A stretch of 32,000 nucleotides of DNA from Microcystis aeruginosa NIES-843 (lineage in GTDB: Bacteria > Cyanobacteriota > Cyanobacteriia > Cyanobacteriales > Microcystaceae): NCBI RefSeq assembly GCF_000010625.1, contig NC_010296.1, forward strand, positions 4,350,001 to 4,382,000. The letters run 5' to 3'. Numbering within the stretch: position 1 is the stretch's first letter; each line of letters begins with the position of its first letter. A model generated the notes under the pieces. That model ran no database searches, was not told the DNA's origin, and saw only the letters and a list, made by a program, of their open reading frames with translations. A program made the translations under genes and the position numbers. Shown here piece after piece: positions 9,507-19,951 of the stretch.

Positions 9507-9613
9507 TTACATAATGGTTATTAATGCTAGGGACATAAGGCTTATGCCCTTTTTTCGATAAGATAAGCTGATCACCTTAACTCCAATAGAACCAAACTTG
9601 GGAACTTTCTTTT

Positions 9614-9648
9614 CACTGATTACTGTTTACTGTTCACTGCTCACTGAA
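9614..9648. repeat. YACTGNT heptamer tandem repeat (5 copies)
   Basis: cactgat tactgtt tactgtt cactgct cactgaa. Confidence 0.85.
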
Positions 9649-9695
9649 AAATCCCCACCTCCCCACTTCCCCTGAAAACCGGATCAAGCTAGGCT

Positions 9696-11300
9696 TTAAG
9701 ATCGATCGATATTGGTGAATAATTGAGGATCGAGGGTGGGTAGTTCGATATCTTTTTCTGCTGGGGGAGAGGCTAACTGGAAGCGATTGAAGGTTTGTTG
9801 AATGCGATCAAAAATGGTGATTTTTTGCTCGCTATTGTTTTGGGGTTCGGGAATAGGTTCCACTTCTAGCGGAGGCTGAACCCCAGGGGCCGGTTCGTTA
9901 ATCTCTTTTGTCTCCGGTATGGTGGTTAGGGGAGATTCGATCGCTTCGGGGGTTTCCTCGACCTTTTCGATTGTTTCTGTCTCTACTGGTTTTTCTTCCA
10001 CTATTGGGCTTTCTGGCTCAATAACAGGGTTTTCCTCAACTATTGGGCTTTCTGGCTCAATAACAGGGCTTTCTGGCTCAATAACAGGGCTTTCTGGCTC
10101 AATAACAGGGGTTTCCTCAACTATTGGGGTTTCTGGCTCAATAACAGGAGTTTCCTCCTCAATAACGGGGGTTTCCTCAACTATAGGGGTTTCCTCAACT
10201 ATAGGGGTTTCTGGCTCAATAACGGGGGTTTCTTCCTCAACTATGGGAGTTTTTTCCTCCTCAATAACAGGGGTTTCTGGCTCAATAACGGGGGTTTCTT
10301 CCTCTAGACTGGGAATGGTTTTATAGTTGGGATCAACAATGCTACGGGCAATTGTAGGGGATAAATCGCCGCGGACTAATTGACTGAGGCCGTCTTGGTA
10401 AGAGGGATCAAAACTAATCACGCGCACGCTGGTATTAAACTCGTTTTCGATTTTATTTCCCTTACCATCGATGAATTCTAGTTGTACCCAGTTATTGCCC
10501 TTGGCAAAACCCTTGAGATAGATCGGTTCCCAAGTATCAAGCAGAAAACTTTCACCGTTGACAGTGACACGAATGCGCCAATTTTGAAGACTATTATCCC
10601 CGTTGGCAGTATTGGGCAGACGTAGAGAAGCATTACTCAGATAAAAATCGAGCAGGAGCGGTTCTGCACCGTAGATTCCTTGCGGACTACTGTAGGTTAA
10701 TAGGGGTAAGTTATGATCAGGGGCATTTTTGCCTGTTTTTGTCAGAATATGAAAGGTTGTTTCAGCGAAGGCCCCATCATTTTTAAAACTTTCCTGCCAA
10801 GGCCGCAGGGCCAAGACGCGGAGGGTGTGAGTACCGGGGGCAAGATTTTCTAGGATAATCGGTTGCTTGAGGTCGTAGATAGCCGCTGCTGGTTCATTAT
10901 CGACAATTAGGCTCAAGTGGGGTCCTAATTTCAGGGTATCGTCTTGGAAAATTGGCAGCCCCGACACTTGTAGTTTAACTGTCACCTGAGGGTCATCGAA
11001 AACTTGTTCGGCCAGAGGACTGAGAATCGTTACTTGGGGAGCGTAACGATCTAAACTGGCGCGCAGTTCCTGAATTAGGGCCGGGGGGGCAACCTCAGAA
11101 ATGCGGCCCTGGACGACGGGAAGATGAAGGGTTTCGGAAGTGGGGAGATTGGTAGCCGTCAGGCGATCGCCACAGGCGGTTAACAGGGTGGTCAGTAAAC
11201 CGATCACAAGACATATATGAAGGGTTTTGACTGGGATTAATTTATGTAGTAGGGATAGCACGTTCCTCCTAGAGCCAAGGCCAAAATCTATAGAAACCAT
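9696..11300 (-). CDS. putative lipoprotein with an acidic Pro-rich tandem-repeat region
   Basis: 534 aa. It has a lipobox-like LLTAC after a hydrophobic N-terminus, about 330 aa of non-repetitive sequence, and then about 110 aa of E(T/S)P(V/I)(I/V)E(P/E) units. Confidence 0.7.
   Translation of the reverse strand: MVSIDFGLGSRRNVLSLLHKLIPVKTLHICLVIGLLTTLLTACGDRLTATNLPTSETLHLPVVQGRISEVAPPALIQELRASLDRYAPQVTILSPLAEQVFDDPQVTVKLQVSGLPIFQDDTLKLGPHLSLIVDNEPAAAIYDLKQPIILENLAPGTHTLRVLALRPWQESFKNDGAFAETTFHILTKTGKNAPDHNLPLLTYSSPQGIYGAEPLLLDFYLSNASLRLPNTANGDNSLQNWRIRVTVNGESFLLDTWEPIYLKGFAKGNNWVQLEFIDGKGNKIENEFNTSVRVISFDPSYQDGLSQLVRGDLSPTIARSIVDPNYKTIPSLEEETPVIEPETPVIEEEKTPIVEEETPVIEPETPIVEETPIVEETPVIEEETPVIEPETPIVEETPVIEPESPVIEPESPVIEPESPIVEENPVIEPESPIVEEKPVETETIEKVEETPEAIESPLTTIPETKEINEPAPGVQPPLEVEPIPEPQNNSEQKITIFDRIQQTFNRFQLASPPAEKDIELPTLDPQLFTNIDRS
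9965..10305 (-). repeat. in-frame 21/24-nt tandem repeats encoding ETPVIEP units (bounds approximate)
   Basis: Near-identical units such as gggctttctggctcaataaca recur back to back on the plus strand. Confidence 0.8.
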
Positions 11301-11767
11301 TGATTTTTGCTAGAGTCATTGAATGCTCTGGTGTCAGCAAAAGCGCGAGAAGATCAGGTTATGGCCTCAATTTTACAGAATTGTTTGATTGTTTTTTGAG
11401 AATCTATCTATTGAATTTTCTATATGGTCTGGTGAGGGAGAAAAAGGTGAAATCGGCTTCTGGGGCGACAATTAATAAACTTTTGTAAAGAAAAATTACC
11501 GGTCTGACCCTGACTAAGACCGTCCATAGCAGAAAATGTCTCTCCTATCAAGGATTGAGAGAATTTTAATTATTGTTAAGCACAACGAACAGAGGAGAGA
11601 ACAAAGACTTATCATCTACTATTGATGCTTTCGACTGGAATCTCACCCAAGAGGAAAGTCAAGCGACATTAACAAAAGGTGGGTCAGATTTCAACTTGCC
11701 TTTTTTAGGTTAAAAAATCTATCCTCAAATAAAACGCTAAGTCTATTGTCGAGAGAGGAGAATCCTC

Positions 11768-14017
11768 ATGGCACTCCCCCCCAAAGAGGCGGTAGCTAAA
11801 GTGATTGTAGATAAAGACCCAGTACCTACTTCCTTTGAGAAGTGGGGTCAACCGGGGCATTTTGATCGCACTTTAGCCAAAGGACCCAAAACCACCACCT
11901 GGATTTGGAACCTACACGCCAACGTCCACGATTTTGATAGTCAAACCAGCGATCTCGAAGATATTTCTCGGAAAATCTTCAGCGCCCACTTCGGACATCT
12001 CGCCGTTGTCTTCGTTTGGCTTAGTGGAATGTACTTCCACGGCGCGAAATTTTCTAACTATGAAGCTTGGTTAACCAACCCGCTCGCCATCAAACCCAGC
12101 GCCCAAGTGGTCTGGCCGATCGTCGGTCAAGGCATCCTCAACGGCGATGTGGGCGGTGGTTTCCACGGTATTCAGATCACCTCTGGTCTGTTCTACCTCT
12201 GGCGCGCCTCCGGGTTCACCAACAGCTATCAGCTATACTGCACCGCTATCGGTGGTTTAGTTATGGCGGGCCTGATGCTGTTTGCCGGTTGGTTCCATTA
12301 CCACAAAAGCGCACCGAAACTGGAATGGTTCCAAAACGTGGAATCGATGATGAACCACCACTTGGCGGGTTTACTCGGCTTAGGTTCCCTAGGTTGGGCC
12401 GGTCATCAGATTCACGTTTCTTTACCGGTGAACAAACTCCTCGATGCGGGAGTAGCTCCCCAAGACATCCCCTTGCCCCACGAGTTCATCCTTGAACCGA
12501 GCAAGATGGCGGATTTATATCCCAGTTTCGCCCAGGGTTTGACCCCCTTCTTTACCCTTAACTGGGGTGCTTACTCGGATTTCCTCACCTTCAAAGGTGG
12601 CTTGAACCCCGTGACTGGTGGTCTCTGGCTTTCCGATACCGCTCACCATCACTTGGCGATCGCTGTATTATTCATCATTGCTGGTCATATGTACCGTACC
12701 AACTGGGGTATCGGTCACAGCATGAAGGAAATCCTCGAAAACCACAAAGGTCCCTTCACCGGTCAAGGTCACAAAGGACTGTACGAAATCCTGACCACCT
12801 CTTGGCACGCCCAGTTAGCGATTAACCTGGCTCTCTTAGGTTCGCTAACCATCATCGTGGCCCACCATATGTACGCCATGCCGCCCTATCCCTATCAGGC
12901 GACTGACTACGCCACCCAACTATCCTTGTTTACTCACCACACTTGGATCGGTGGCTTCTTAATCGTCGGTGCGGGAGCGCACGGAGCGATCTTCATGGTA
13001 CGGGACTACGATCCGGCCAAAAACGTGGATAACCTGCTCGATCGGGTGATCCGTCATCGCGACGCAATTATCTCCCACCTGAACTGGGTATGTATTTTCC
13101 TCGGCTTCCATAGCTTCGGTTTATACATTCACAACGACACCATGCGGGCTTTTGGTCGTCCCCAAGATATGTTCTCGGATACGGGAATTCAACTACAACC
13201 CATCTTTGCCCAATGGGTACAAAGTCTCCACACCCTAGCCCCCGGCAACACCGCTCCTAACGCTCTCACTACCGCTAGTTATGCTTTCGGTGGCGACGTG
13301 GTAGCAGTGGGTGGCAAAGTGGCCATGATGCCGATCACTCTCGGTACTGCCGATTTCCTCGTGCATCACATCCACGCCTTCACCATCCATGTCACCGTGT
13401 TGATTCTCCTCAAAGGGGTTCTCTACGCTCGCGGTTCCCGTCTGATTCCCGATAAAGCGAATCTCGGTTTCCGTTTCCCCTGCGATGGTCCCGGTCGCGG
13501 CGGTACCTGCCAAGTTTCCGGTTGGGATCACGTCTTCCTCGGCCTGTTCTGGATGTACAACTCCCTCTCGGTCGTAATCTTCCACTTTAGCTGGAAAATG
13601 CAGTCCGATGTCTGGGGAACCGTCGCCCCCGATGGCACTGTCACCCACGTTACCCTCGGTAACTTCGCCCAAAGTGCCATCACCATCAACGGTTGGTTAC
13701 GGGATTTCCTCTGGGCGCAAGCGGCGCAAGTCATTAATTCCTATGGCTCCGCCCTGTCTGCCTACGGAATCATGTTCCTAGCCGGTCACTTCGTCTTCGC
13801 GTTTAGCTTGATGTTCCTGTTCAGTGGTCGCGGCTACTGGCAAGAATTAATCGAGTCGATCGTCTGGGCGCACAACAAGTTAAGAGTTGCCCCCGCTATC
13901 CAACCTCGCGCCCTGAGCATCATTCAAGGTCGTGCCGTTGGTGTGGCTCACTACCTCTTAGGCGGTATTGTCACCACTTGGGCATTCTTCTTGGCCAGAA
14001 GTCTCTCGATTGGCTAA
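11768..14017 (+). CDS. psaA: photosystem I P700 chlorophyll a apoprotein A1
   Basis: 749 aa with the FX-cluster loop [12 protein letters not shown], and [24 protein letters not shown]. Overall it is unmistakably PsaA. Confidence 0.98.
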   Translation: MALPPKEAVAKVIVDKDPVPTSFEKWGQPGHFDRTLAKGPKTTTWIWNLHANVHDFDSQTSDLEDISRKIFSAHFGHLAVVFVWLSGMYFHGAKFSNYEAWLTNPLAIKPSAQVVWPIVGQGILNGDVGGGFHGIQITSGLFYLWRASGFTNSYQLYCTAIGGLVMAGLMLFAGWFHYHKSAPKLEWFQNVESMMNHHLAGLLGLGSLGWAGHQIHVSLPVNKLLDAGVAPQDIPLPHEFILEPSKMADLYPSFAQGLTPFFTLNWGAYSDFLTFKGGLNPVTGGLWLSDTAHHHLAIAVLFIIAGHMYRTNWGIGHSMKEILENHKGPFTGQGHKGLYEILTTSWHAQLAINLALLGSLTIIVAHHMYAMPPYPYQATDYATQLSLFTHHTWIGGFLIVGAGAHGAIFMVRDYDPAKNVDNLLDRVIRHRDAIISHLNWVCIFLGFHSFGLYIHNDTMRAFGRPQDMFSDTGIQLQPIFAQWVQSLHTLAPGNTAPNALTTASYAFGGDVVAVGGKVAMMPITLGTADFLVHHIHAFTIHVTVLILLKGVLYARGSRLIPDKANLGFRFPCDGPGRGGTCQVSGWDHVFLGLFWMYNSLSVVIFHFSWKMQSDVWGTVAPDGTVTHVTLGNFAQSAITINGWLRDFLWAQAAQVINSYGSALSAYGIMFLAGHFVFAFSLMFLFSGRGYWQELIESIVWAHNKLRVAPAIQPRALSIIQGRAVGVAHYLLGGIVTTWAFFLARSLSIG

Positions 14018-14195
14018 ACTTGCCTATAAGGGCTTGCCAGTCCCCCGGGGATTGGCAAGACTAGGCTGAACCAGCGTCGATTGACCGATACCTCTGTAAG
14101 CGTTTCCTATTACAGTGGGTGAATTTAAAAAAGGAAATAACCAGCACTCGTGTAAGAGCCTCAGTTATTTAGAGAGGAGAATTTCCTAAACAGCT

Positions 14196-16409
14196 ATGGC
14201 AACTAAATTCCCTAAATTTAGCCAAGATCTAGCCCAAGATCCGACCACCCGTCGGATTTGGTACGGGATCGCCACAGCCCACGATTTTGAAAGTCATGAT
14301 GGCATGACGGAAGAGAATCTCTACCAAAAGATTTTCGCGTCGCACTTCGGCCACATTGCAATCATTTTCCTGTGGACTTCCGGTACTATATTCCACGTCG
14401 CTTGGCAAGGTAACTTCGAGCAGTGGATCAAAGATCCCTTAAACATCCGTCCCATCGCCCACGCGATTTGGGATCCCCAGTTCGGTAAAGGCGCTGTGGA
14501 TGCCTTCACCCAAGCTGGCGCTTCTAATCCGGTTAACATCGCCTATTCCGGGGTTTACCACTGGTTCTACACCATCGGTATGACCTCCAACCAAGACCTA
14601 TACCAAGGTGCGGTGTTCCTGCTGATTCTCTCGGCGATTTTCCTCTTTGCTGGCTGGTTACACTTACAACCTAAGTTCCGTCCTAGCCTCGCTTGGTTCA
14701 AAAACGCTGAATCTCGCCTGAACCACCACCTCGCCGCTCTGTTCGGTGTTAGCTCTCTGGCTTGGACCGGACACCTCGTTCACGTTGCTATCCCCGAATC
14801 CCGCGGTCAGCACGTTGGTTGGGACAACTTCCTCTCCACTCCCCCCCACCCGGCGGGTTTACTACCCTTCTTCACCGGTGACTGGGGTGTGTATGCGGAA
14901 AACCCCGATACTGCTAACCACATTTTCGGTACTGCCCAAGGCGCGGGAACTGCGATTCTCACCTTCTTAGGTGGTTTCCATCCCCAAACCGAGTCCCTCT
15001 GGTTAACCGATATGGCTCACCACCACTTGGCGATCGCTGTGATCTTCATTGTGGCTGGTCATATGTACCGCACCAACTGGGGCATCGGTCACAGCATCAA
15101 GGACATCCTCAATGCACACAGACCCCCCAGTGGTAAGTTAGGAGCCGGTCACAAAAATCTTTATGACACGGTTAACAACTCTCTCCACTTCCAACTCGGT
15201 TTGGCCCTGGCTTCTTTAGGCGTGATCACCTCTCTGGTGGCGCAGCATATGTACGCGCTACCCCCTTATGCCTTTATCGCTAAGGACTACACCACCCAAG
15301 CGGCTCTCTATACCCACCACCAATACATCGCTGGTTTCCTAGCGGTGGGTGCTTTCGCCCACGGTGCTATCTTCTTCGTGCGTGACTATGATCCCGAAGC
15401 GAACAAAGATAACGTCCTGGCGCGGATGCTGGAGCATAAAGAAGCGATCATCTCTCACCTAAGCTGGGTTTCCCTTTTCTTAGGTTTCCATACCCTCGGC
15501 CTCTACGTTCATAACGATGTGGTCGTCGCTTTCGGTACTCCCGAAAAACAAATCCTGATCGAACCTGTGTTCGCTCAATTCGTGCAAGCAGCTTCGGGTA
15601 AAACCCTGTACGGCATGAACGTACTGTTGTCTAACCCCGATAGTATCGCTTACACCGCCTATCCTAACTACGGTGATGTTTGGTTGCCCGGTTGGCTAGA
15701 CGCAATCAATAGCGGCACTAACTCCTTATTCTTAACCATCGGTCCTGGCGACTTCCTCGTTCACCATGCGATCGCTCTTGGTTTACACACCACCGTTCTA
15801 ATCTTGGTTAAAGGTGCTTTAGACGCTCGTGGTTCCAAATTAATGCCCGATAAAAAAGACTTCGGGTATTCCTTCCCTTGCGACGGTCCCGGCCGTGGCG
15901 GTACTTGCGACATCTCTGCTTGGGATTCCTTCTACCTAGCCATGTTCTGGATGTTGAACACCCTGGGTTGGTTAACCTTCTACTGGCACTGGAAACACCT
16001 CGGTGTCTGGTCGGGTAACGTGGCTCAGTTTAACGAAAACTCCACCTACCTGATGGGCTGGTTCCGCGATTACCTCTGGGCTAACTCGGCTCAGTTAATC
16101 AACGGTTACAACCCCTACGGTGTTAATAACCTTTCTGTCTGGGCCTGGATGTTCCTCTTTGGACACCTCGTTTGGGCAACCGGTTTCATGTTCCTGATCT
16201 CTTGGCGTGGTTACTGGCAAGAGTTGATCGAAACTATCGTTTGGGCCCACGAACGCACTCCTCTGGCGAACCTCGTTCGTTGGAAAGACAAACCCGTGGC
16301 TCTCTCGATCGTTCAGGCTCGTTTGGTTGGTTTAGCTCACTTCACCGTTGGCTATATCTTCACCTACGCCGCCTTCTTGATCGCTTCCACTGCTGGCAAG
16401 TTCGGCTAA
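14196..16409 (+). CDS. psaB: photosystem I P700 chlorophyll a apoprotein A2
   Basis: 737 aa beginning [35 protein letters not shown], with [18 protein letters not shown]. It sits directly downstream of psaA. Confidence 0.98.
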   Translation: MATKFPKFSQDLAQDPTTRRIWYGIATAHDFESHDGMTEENLYQKIFASHFGHIAIIFLWTSGTIFHVAWQGNFEQWIKDPLNIRPIAHAIWDPQFGKGAVDAFTQAGASNPVNIAYSGVYHWFYTIGMTSNQDLYQGAVFLLILSAIFLFAGWLHLQPKFRPSLAWFKNAESRLNHHLAALFGVSSLAWTGHLVHVAIPESRGQHVGWDNFLSTPPHPAGLLPFFTGDWGVYAENPDTANHIFGTAQGAGTAILTFLGGFHPQTESLWLTDMAHHHLAIAVIFIVAGHMYRTNWGIGHSIKDILNAHRPPSGKLGAGHKNLYDTVNNSLHFQLGLALASLGVITSLVAQHMYALPPYAFIAKDYTTQAALYTHHQYIAGFLAVGAFAHGAIFFVRDYDPEANKDNVLARMLEHKEAIISHLSWVSLFLGFHTLGLYVHNDVVVAFGTPEKQILIEPVFAQFVQAASGKTLYGMNVLLSNPDSIAYTAYPNYGDVWLPGWLDAINSGTNSLFLTIGPGDFLVHHAIALGLHTTVLILVKGALDARGSKLMPDKKDFGYSFPCDGPGRGGTCDISAWDSFYLAMFWMLNTLGWLTFYWHWKHLGVWSGNVAQFNENSTYLMGWFRDYLWANSAQLINGYNPYGVNNLSVWAWMFLFGHLVWATGFMFLISWRGYWQELIETIVWAHERTPLANLVRWKDKPVALSIVQARLVGLAHFTVGYIFTYAAFLIASTAGKFG

Positions 16410-16427
16410 ACCTTGAATTAGGTGACT

Positions 16428-16463
16428 AAAAAACCCCCCGCCCATTGGTGGGGGGTTTTGTTT
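16428..16463 (+). terminator. psaAB rho-independent terminator
   Basis: AAAACCCCCC-gcccattggt-GGGGGGTTTTGTTT, 19 nt after the psaB stop. Confidence 0.8.
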
Positions 16464-16955
16464 ATGATCGATAATAAAAGCGCGGCTCAATCTCAAAAAT
16501 CTATGCAGGTGGAAGAATTAAAACAACTTTATGATCAGGACTTTGTTTTGTGGATTGAGCGAACCACCGAACAAATTCGACGCGGGGAGATTAAAAATTT
16601 AGATTGGGAACATCTTTTAACGGAGATAGAAGATTTGGGGAGAGAACAAAGAAACCAAGTGGAAAGCTATCTAATTCAAACCGTTAAACATTTATTAATG
16701 TATCAGTATTGGCTGACTGAAAAAGGTAATTGTGGCCGGGGATGGGCCGATGAAATCGATAATTTCCGTCTAGAACTAGAAATTTTATTCCAGTCAAAAA
16801 CCCTCTACAATTATGGGGCTTCTAGGCTAGATATTATTTATGATAAAGCCAAGCGATCGGTGATCAAAAAAACTGGTTTATCTGTTGATAGGTTTCCGCA
16901 AGTTTGTCCTTATACCTTTGCAGAAATTATAGATTTTGATTTTTTACCAGTTTAG
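16464..16955 (+). CDS. DUF29 domain protein
   Basis: Contains LYDQDFVLWIERTTEQIRRGEIKNLDWEHLLTEIEDLGREQRNQVESYL...FPQVCPYTFAEII. The track start at 16422 runs through the psaB terminator, so ATG at 16464 or 16503 is preferred. Confidence 0.8.
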   Translation: MIDNKSAAQSQKSMQVEELKQLYDQDFVLWIERTTEQIRRGEIKNLDWEHLLTEIEDLGREQRNQVESYLIQTVKHLLMYQYWLTEKGNCGRGWADEIDNFRLELEILFQSKTLYNYGASRLDIIYDKAKRSVIKKTGLSVDRFPQVCPYTFAEIIDFDFLPV

Positions 16956-17183
16956 AATAGGAGAATTAAAGGAGACCTCCTGTAAAAGTAAGTTATCGAG
17001 GAGCTATCGGTTTAAAATATCTAAAACTTCAGATAAATTTGACGTAATCTTGGGTTTTATCGAGAGTGTATTTGTTTCTTGTTTTTTTCTCCTCCTGTCG
17101 TTCGTCTCCTTACATAAGGGAAGATTTTTGATTTTTGCAGGAGATCTAGGCAAGAAAAAAAATTATCGTTATAATGAAGTTGT

Positions 17184-17306
17184 GGGGAGCATCTCACCTT
17201 TGTAACCCCTAAATCAGGTTTTTATGTCAAGCTATTTTGAAAGCCTTGCTAGAAAACAGTTTTGGGGATAAGTATAGTTACTTACTTGCATAAATGAGAT
17301 GCTCCC
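17184..17306. mobile_element. about 123-bp miniature element with ISKra4-like termini
   Basis: The left end is GGGGAGCATCTCACCTTTGTAA. The right end, reverse-complemented, is GGGAGCATCTCATTTATGCAA. Both match the IRs of the IS at 26412-27676. Confidence 0.6.
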
Positions 17307-17334
17307 AATAGCCAAGTTGTGAGTTGTGGCTTAT

Positions 17335-17520
17335 GGTTCTTCGGTTTGTGCTATGCAATGTCTTTCTCTATAAGGGATGAAACCCTTATAGAGAAAGACA
17401 TTGATGCGATTTTTGTCAATTGTTTTCGATCTAGAACGAACTAATCAATAGAACTCTTGCCAGATAAGGATTTAGTCGATTTATGCCACCCTATTGAACC
17501 ATACCAAGTAACGAAGAACC
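17335..17520 (+). mobile_element. ISL3-derived MITE, copy 1
   Basis: Termini GGTTCTTCGG...ACGAAGAACC, with the 8-bp TSD TGGCTTAT at 17327-17334 and 17521-17528. It is homologous along its length to 25633-25819 and 28189-28375. Confidence 0.85.
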
Positions 17521-17548
17521 TGGCTTATTCTGTCAGCGGTAGAGTATT

Positions 17549-19951
17549 ATGAGTCAAAAATCTTACGAAGTTTTCCAAGCAGTGGAAAATAAAGCTAACC
17601 TTCTAGCGGGTTATTGGGGTGACTTCAAAACGGAGATTATTCGGCATTTGCCTGAATCCTATCATGGTGAAATCCACGAACTTTCTAGTAACCTAGAGAA
17701 AGCTTTAGAAGTGTTAATCAATGAATTGCGCCATCCTACCCTGATTTTAGCGACGACTGGCACGACGAGCAGTGGGAAGAGTACCTTAGTGAATTTCCTC
17801 TGTGGTGCTGATATTGTGCCAACCGCCGTCAGTGAGATGAGTGCAGGAGCAGTTACGATTGAGTATAGCGAAGAAAAGACTTTAATTATTGAAGAAACAC
17901 CTGGAGCTTTGTGGAAATGTGGTGAATGGAAAAATATTAGCGATGAGGAAATTTGTAAACGCTTAGAGGAAGCAATGCTTCGTTATATTGATAATAAAAT
18001 TGATAATAAAAAAGATAAAGCTAACTTAGCTTATCCTAAATTTACTATTTATTATCCTTTCAGACTTTTTAAGGAATATGAGCAAGATTTACCTAAAGGT
18101 GTCAAAGTTAAATTACTAGATTTACCCGGATTATCTTATGTGGGTGATGAAAGCAATATGGAAGTTATTAAACAGTGTCGCGGTGCCTTATGTCTTGTAA
18201 CTTATAATAGCCAAGAAACTGACCCTCAGAGGGTTAAAAGTTTATTATCACAGGTTGTAGAAGAAGTCAAGGAGTTAGGTGGTTCTCCCGAACGAATGTT
18301 ATTTATTCTCAACAAAATTGATGTTTTTAGAGAGGATAAAAATTGGGTAAAGAGTGAAAAGCGTTTTATAGAAAAAACAACCCGAAGTATTAAAAAAGAA
18401 CTCACAGAACAATTAAGAGAATATACCAAAGCGATTGAAAATCTCAAAATTATCAAATTAAGTACGCGACCTGCTTTTTTATCTTTAGAGTTACAAAGTT
18501 CAGATGAAAATAGAAGAATTGAAGCTAGTAAACAAGCTAGGAAACAATGTACTTCTTTAATTGAAGATATACTTGATGAATTACCTGGATCGCCTAGCAA
18601 ATGGTTGAACCATGATCGAACAAGAATTGCTAATACGTTATGGCAAGAATCCTATGCTGAAGAATTTCAACAATATCTAAACCTGCATATTAGCCAAAAT
18701 TTCCCTAAATTAGTTATTCCCCAAGCTATAGAAAGATTTAATGTAGCGGCGGGAAATAGTATTGCACAATGGGCAGTACAAACGACCACGGCAATTCTTA
18801 ACAGTTCGGAAAAAAATTATCAAAAGGAAATAGAAAAAATCTCATGGATTAAATCTTCCTTAAATCAATTTCTGCAAGTGAGTGATGCTAATTTACGAAA
18901 GCCTTTTGAAAAAATTAATCAAAACTGTGAGGAGTATATAAACCAACAAACAGAAGATGATCCCCTTTCTATATTAACAGAAGCTATTACCGATCTTCAA
19001 TTTACTGAGCCTTATAATGAAATTGAAGAAAAATTAGTTCCTCTTTATGATTGGAGAAATGCTTTAGGGAGAGGAGTTGATCAGATTTTAGAAGCAGTAG
19101 CAGAATCCTTAGAAAATGGCAGAGTTACCCTCGATCATCCTAATTTTAAAAAAGCTAATATTGTCAATGTTAACTTGCTAGAGGGTAATCTGAGAAGATT
19201 AATCAAACTGGGCTATAGTCATTATTTCGCCAAAAATGGACAAAATGTGGTGGCAAAAACTCAGGAAGAAAAAGAGAAGCTTAAGCAAACAAATGATGCA
19301 CTTAACGAACTGTCTATTCATCTTAGTCTGATTATAGCGCAAGTGTTGGATAAAATTTCTACCCAAGAGATTCAGCGAATGTATGAAGCGGTAAATGAAT
19401 TATTCATCTGTCATCTTGCTTATTTAGAAAAAGGTTCTAATGAACGCGCTCCTGATATTGTGATTAGATTTCCAGAATCAGAGTTAAACAAAGTTACAGA
19501 TAATCTAAAATTTGATTTTGTTAAGTTTGACTCGGACTTTGAAATTAAAAAAGAAAAATATATTGAAGAATATAGAACTTGGAAACATTGGTTATGGATA
19601 ATTCCCAAAAAGGAAAAACGCTTTAGCGATAATGCAAAAATTCCAAGTATAGGAGAAATTTTAGCCGACTGGAAAAAACAGTTAAAAGAAGTTGAACCTG
19701 AGATGTTAAAGCAAGTAATAGAATGGCTATTAGCACAAATTGACGATTTAAAAAAAAGTGTAGATAAAACTCAAAATGATATTTTTGATCAGTATCGGGA
19801 TAGACTAGAAAAGGCTAGACAGGAGATTACTTTTGATTATGAAAAACAGCAAAATGTGTGGCAACCTATGCAACAAAGAGCGAAAAGATTAGAGGAAGAA
19901 TTTTCTCGACTAGGTAATTTTGAAAAGGAGGCTGATTCCAGTGGTAGTTGA
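17549..19951 (+). CDS. dynamin-like GTPase A (bacterial dynamin-like protein)
   Basis: 800 aa with G1 GTTSSGKST, G3 DLPG and G4 NKID in the first 260 aa. The remaining roughly 540 aa are charged and helix-prone. Confidence 0.8.
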   Translation: MSQKSYEVFQAVENKANLLAGYWGDFKTEIIRHLPESYHGEIHELSSNLEKALEVLINELRHPTLILATTGTTSSGKSTLVNFLCGADIVPTAVSEMSAGAVTIEYSEEKTLIIEETPGALWKCGEWKNISDEEICKRLEEAMLRYIDNKIDNKKDKANLAYPKFTIYYPFRLFKEYEQDLPKGVKVKLLDLPGLSYVGDESNMEVIKQCRGALCLVTYNSQETDPQRVKSLLSQVVEEVKELGGSPERMLFILNKIDVFREDKNWVKSEKRFIEKTTRSIKKELTEQLREYTKAIENLKIIKLSTRPAFLSLELQSSDENRRIEASKQARKQCTSLIEDILDELPGSPSKWLNHDRTRIANTLWQESYAEEFQQYLNLHISQNFPKLVIPQAIERFNVAAGNSIAQWAVQTTTAILNSSEKNYQKEIEKISWIKSSLNQFLQVSDANLRKPFEKINQNCEEYINQQTEDDPLSILTEAITDLQFTEPYNEIEEKLVPLYDWRNALGRGVDQILEAVAESLENGRVTLDHPNFKKANIVNVNLLEGNLRRLIKLGYSHYFAKNGQNVVAKTQEEKEKLKQTNDALNELSIHLSLIIAQVLDKISTQEIQRMYEAVNELFICHLAYLEKGSNERAPDIVIRFPESELNKVTDNLKFDFVKFDSDFEIKKEKYIEEYRTWKHWLWIIPKKEKRFSDNAKIPSIGEILADWKKQLKEVEPEMLKQVIEWLLAQIDDLKKSVDKTQNDIFDQYRDRLEKARQEITFDYEKQQNVWQPMQQRAKRLEEEFSRLGNFEKEADSSGS

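Noticed and set aside
7228-9648. Short tandem repeats as a possible CRISPR array.
   Set aside because: The units are 7 nt and contiguous with no spacers, which is nothing like 25-40 nt repeats separated by unique spacers.
9919-10326. 135-aa plus-strand ORF with GSITG repeats.
   Set aside because: It is the mirror image of the ETPVIEP repeat tract. The open frame is a by-product of the periodic repeat on the opposite strand.
11481-11500. HLR1-like (RpaB box) sequence TTTGTAAAGAAAAATTAC upstream of psaA.
   Set aside because: Only one half-site fits the TTACA-type direct-repeat consensus and the second half does not. This is not enough to call a regulatory site.
12067-16429. Alternative-frame and antisense ORFs inside psaA/psaB (12067-12495, 13235-13672, 13528-13734, 14321-14539, 14664-14849, 14746-14970, 16172-16429).
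   Set aside because: They lie entirely within two unmistakable, highly conserved genes. Their Arg/Pro/Gly-rich translations are typical of off-frame reading of GC-rich coding DNA.
16936-17205. 89-aa ORF between DUF29 and the MITEs.
   Set aside because: It is low-complexity and AT-rich, and it runs into the terminal repeat of the mini-element. There is no coding signal.
18226-18600. Antisense ORFs within the dynamin-like genes and the IS630 gene (18226-18600, 19420-19608, 20078-20266, 27648-28013).
   Set aside because: They are Ser/Leu/Phe-rich translations of the reverse strand of AT-rich coding DNA, with no start context.
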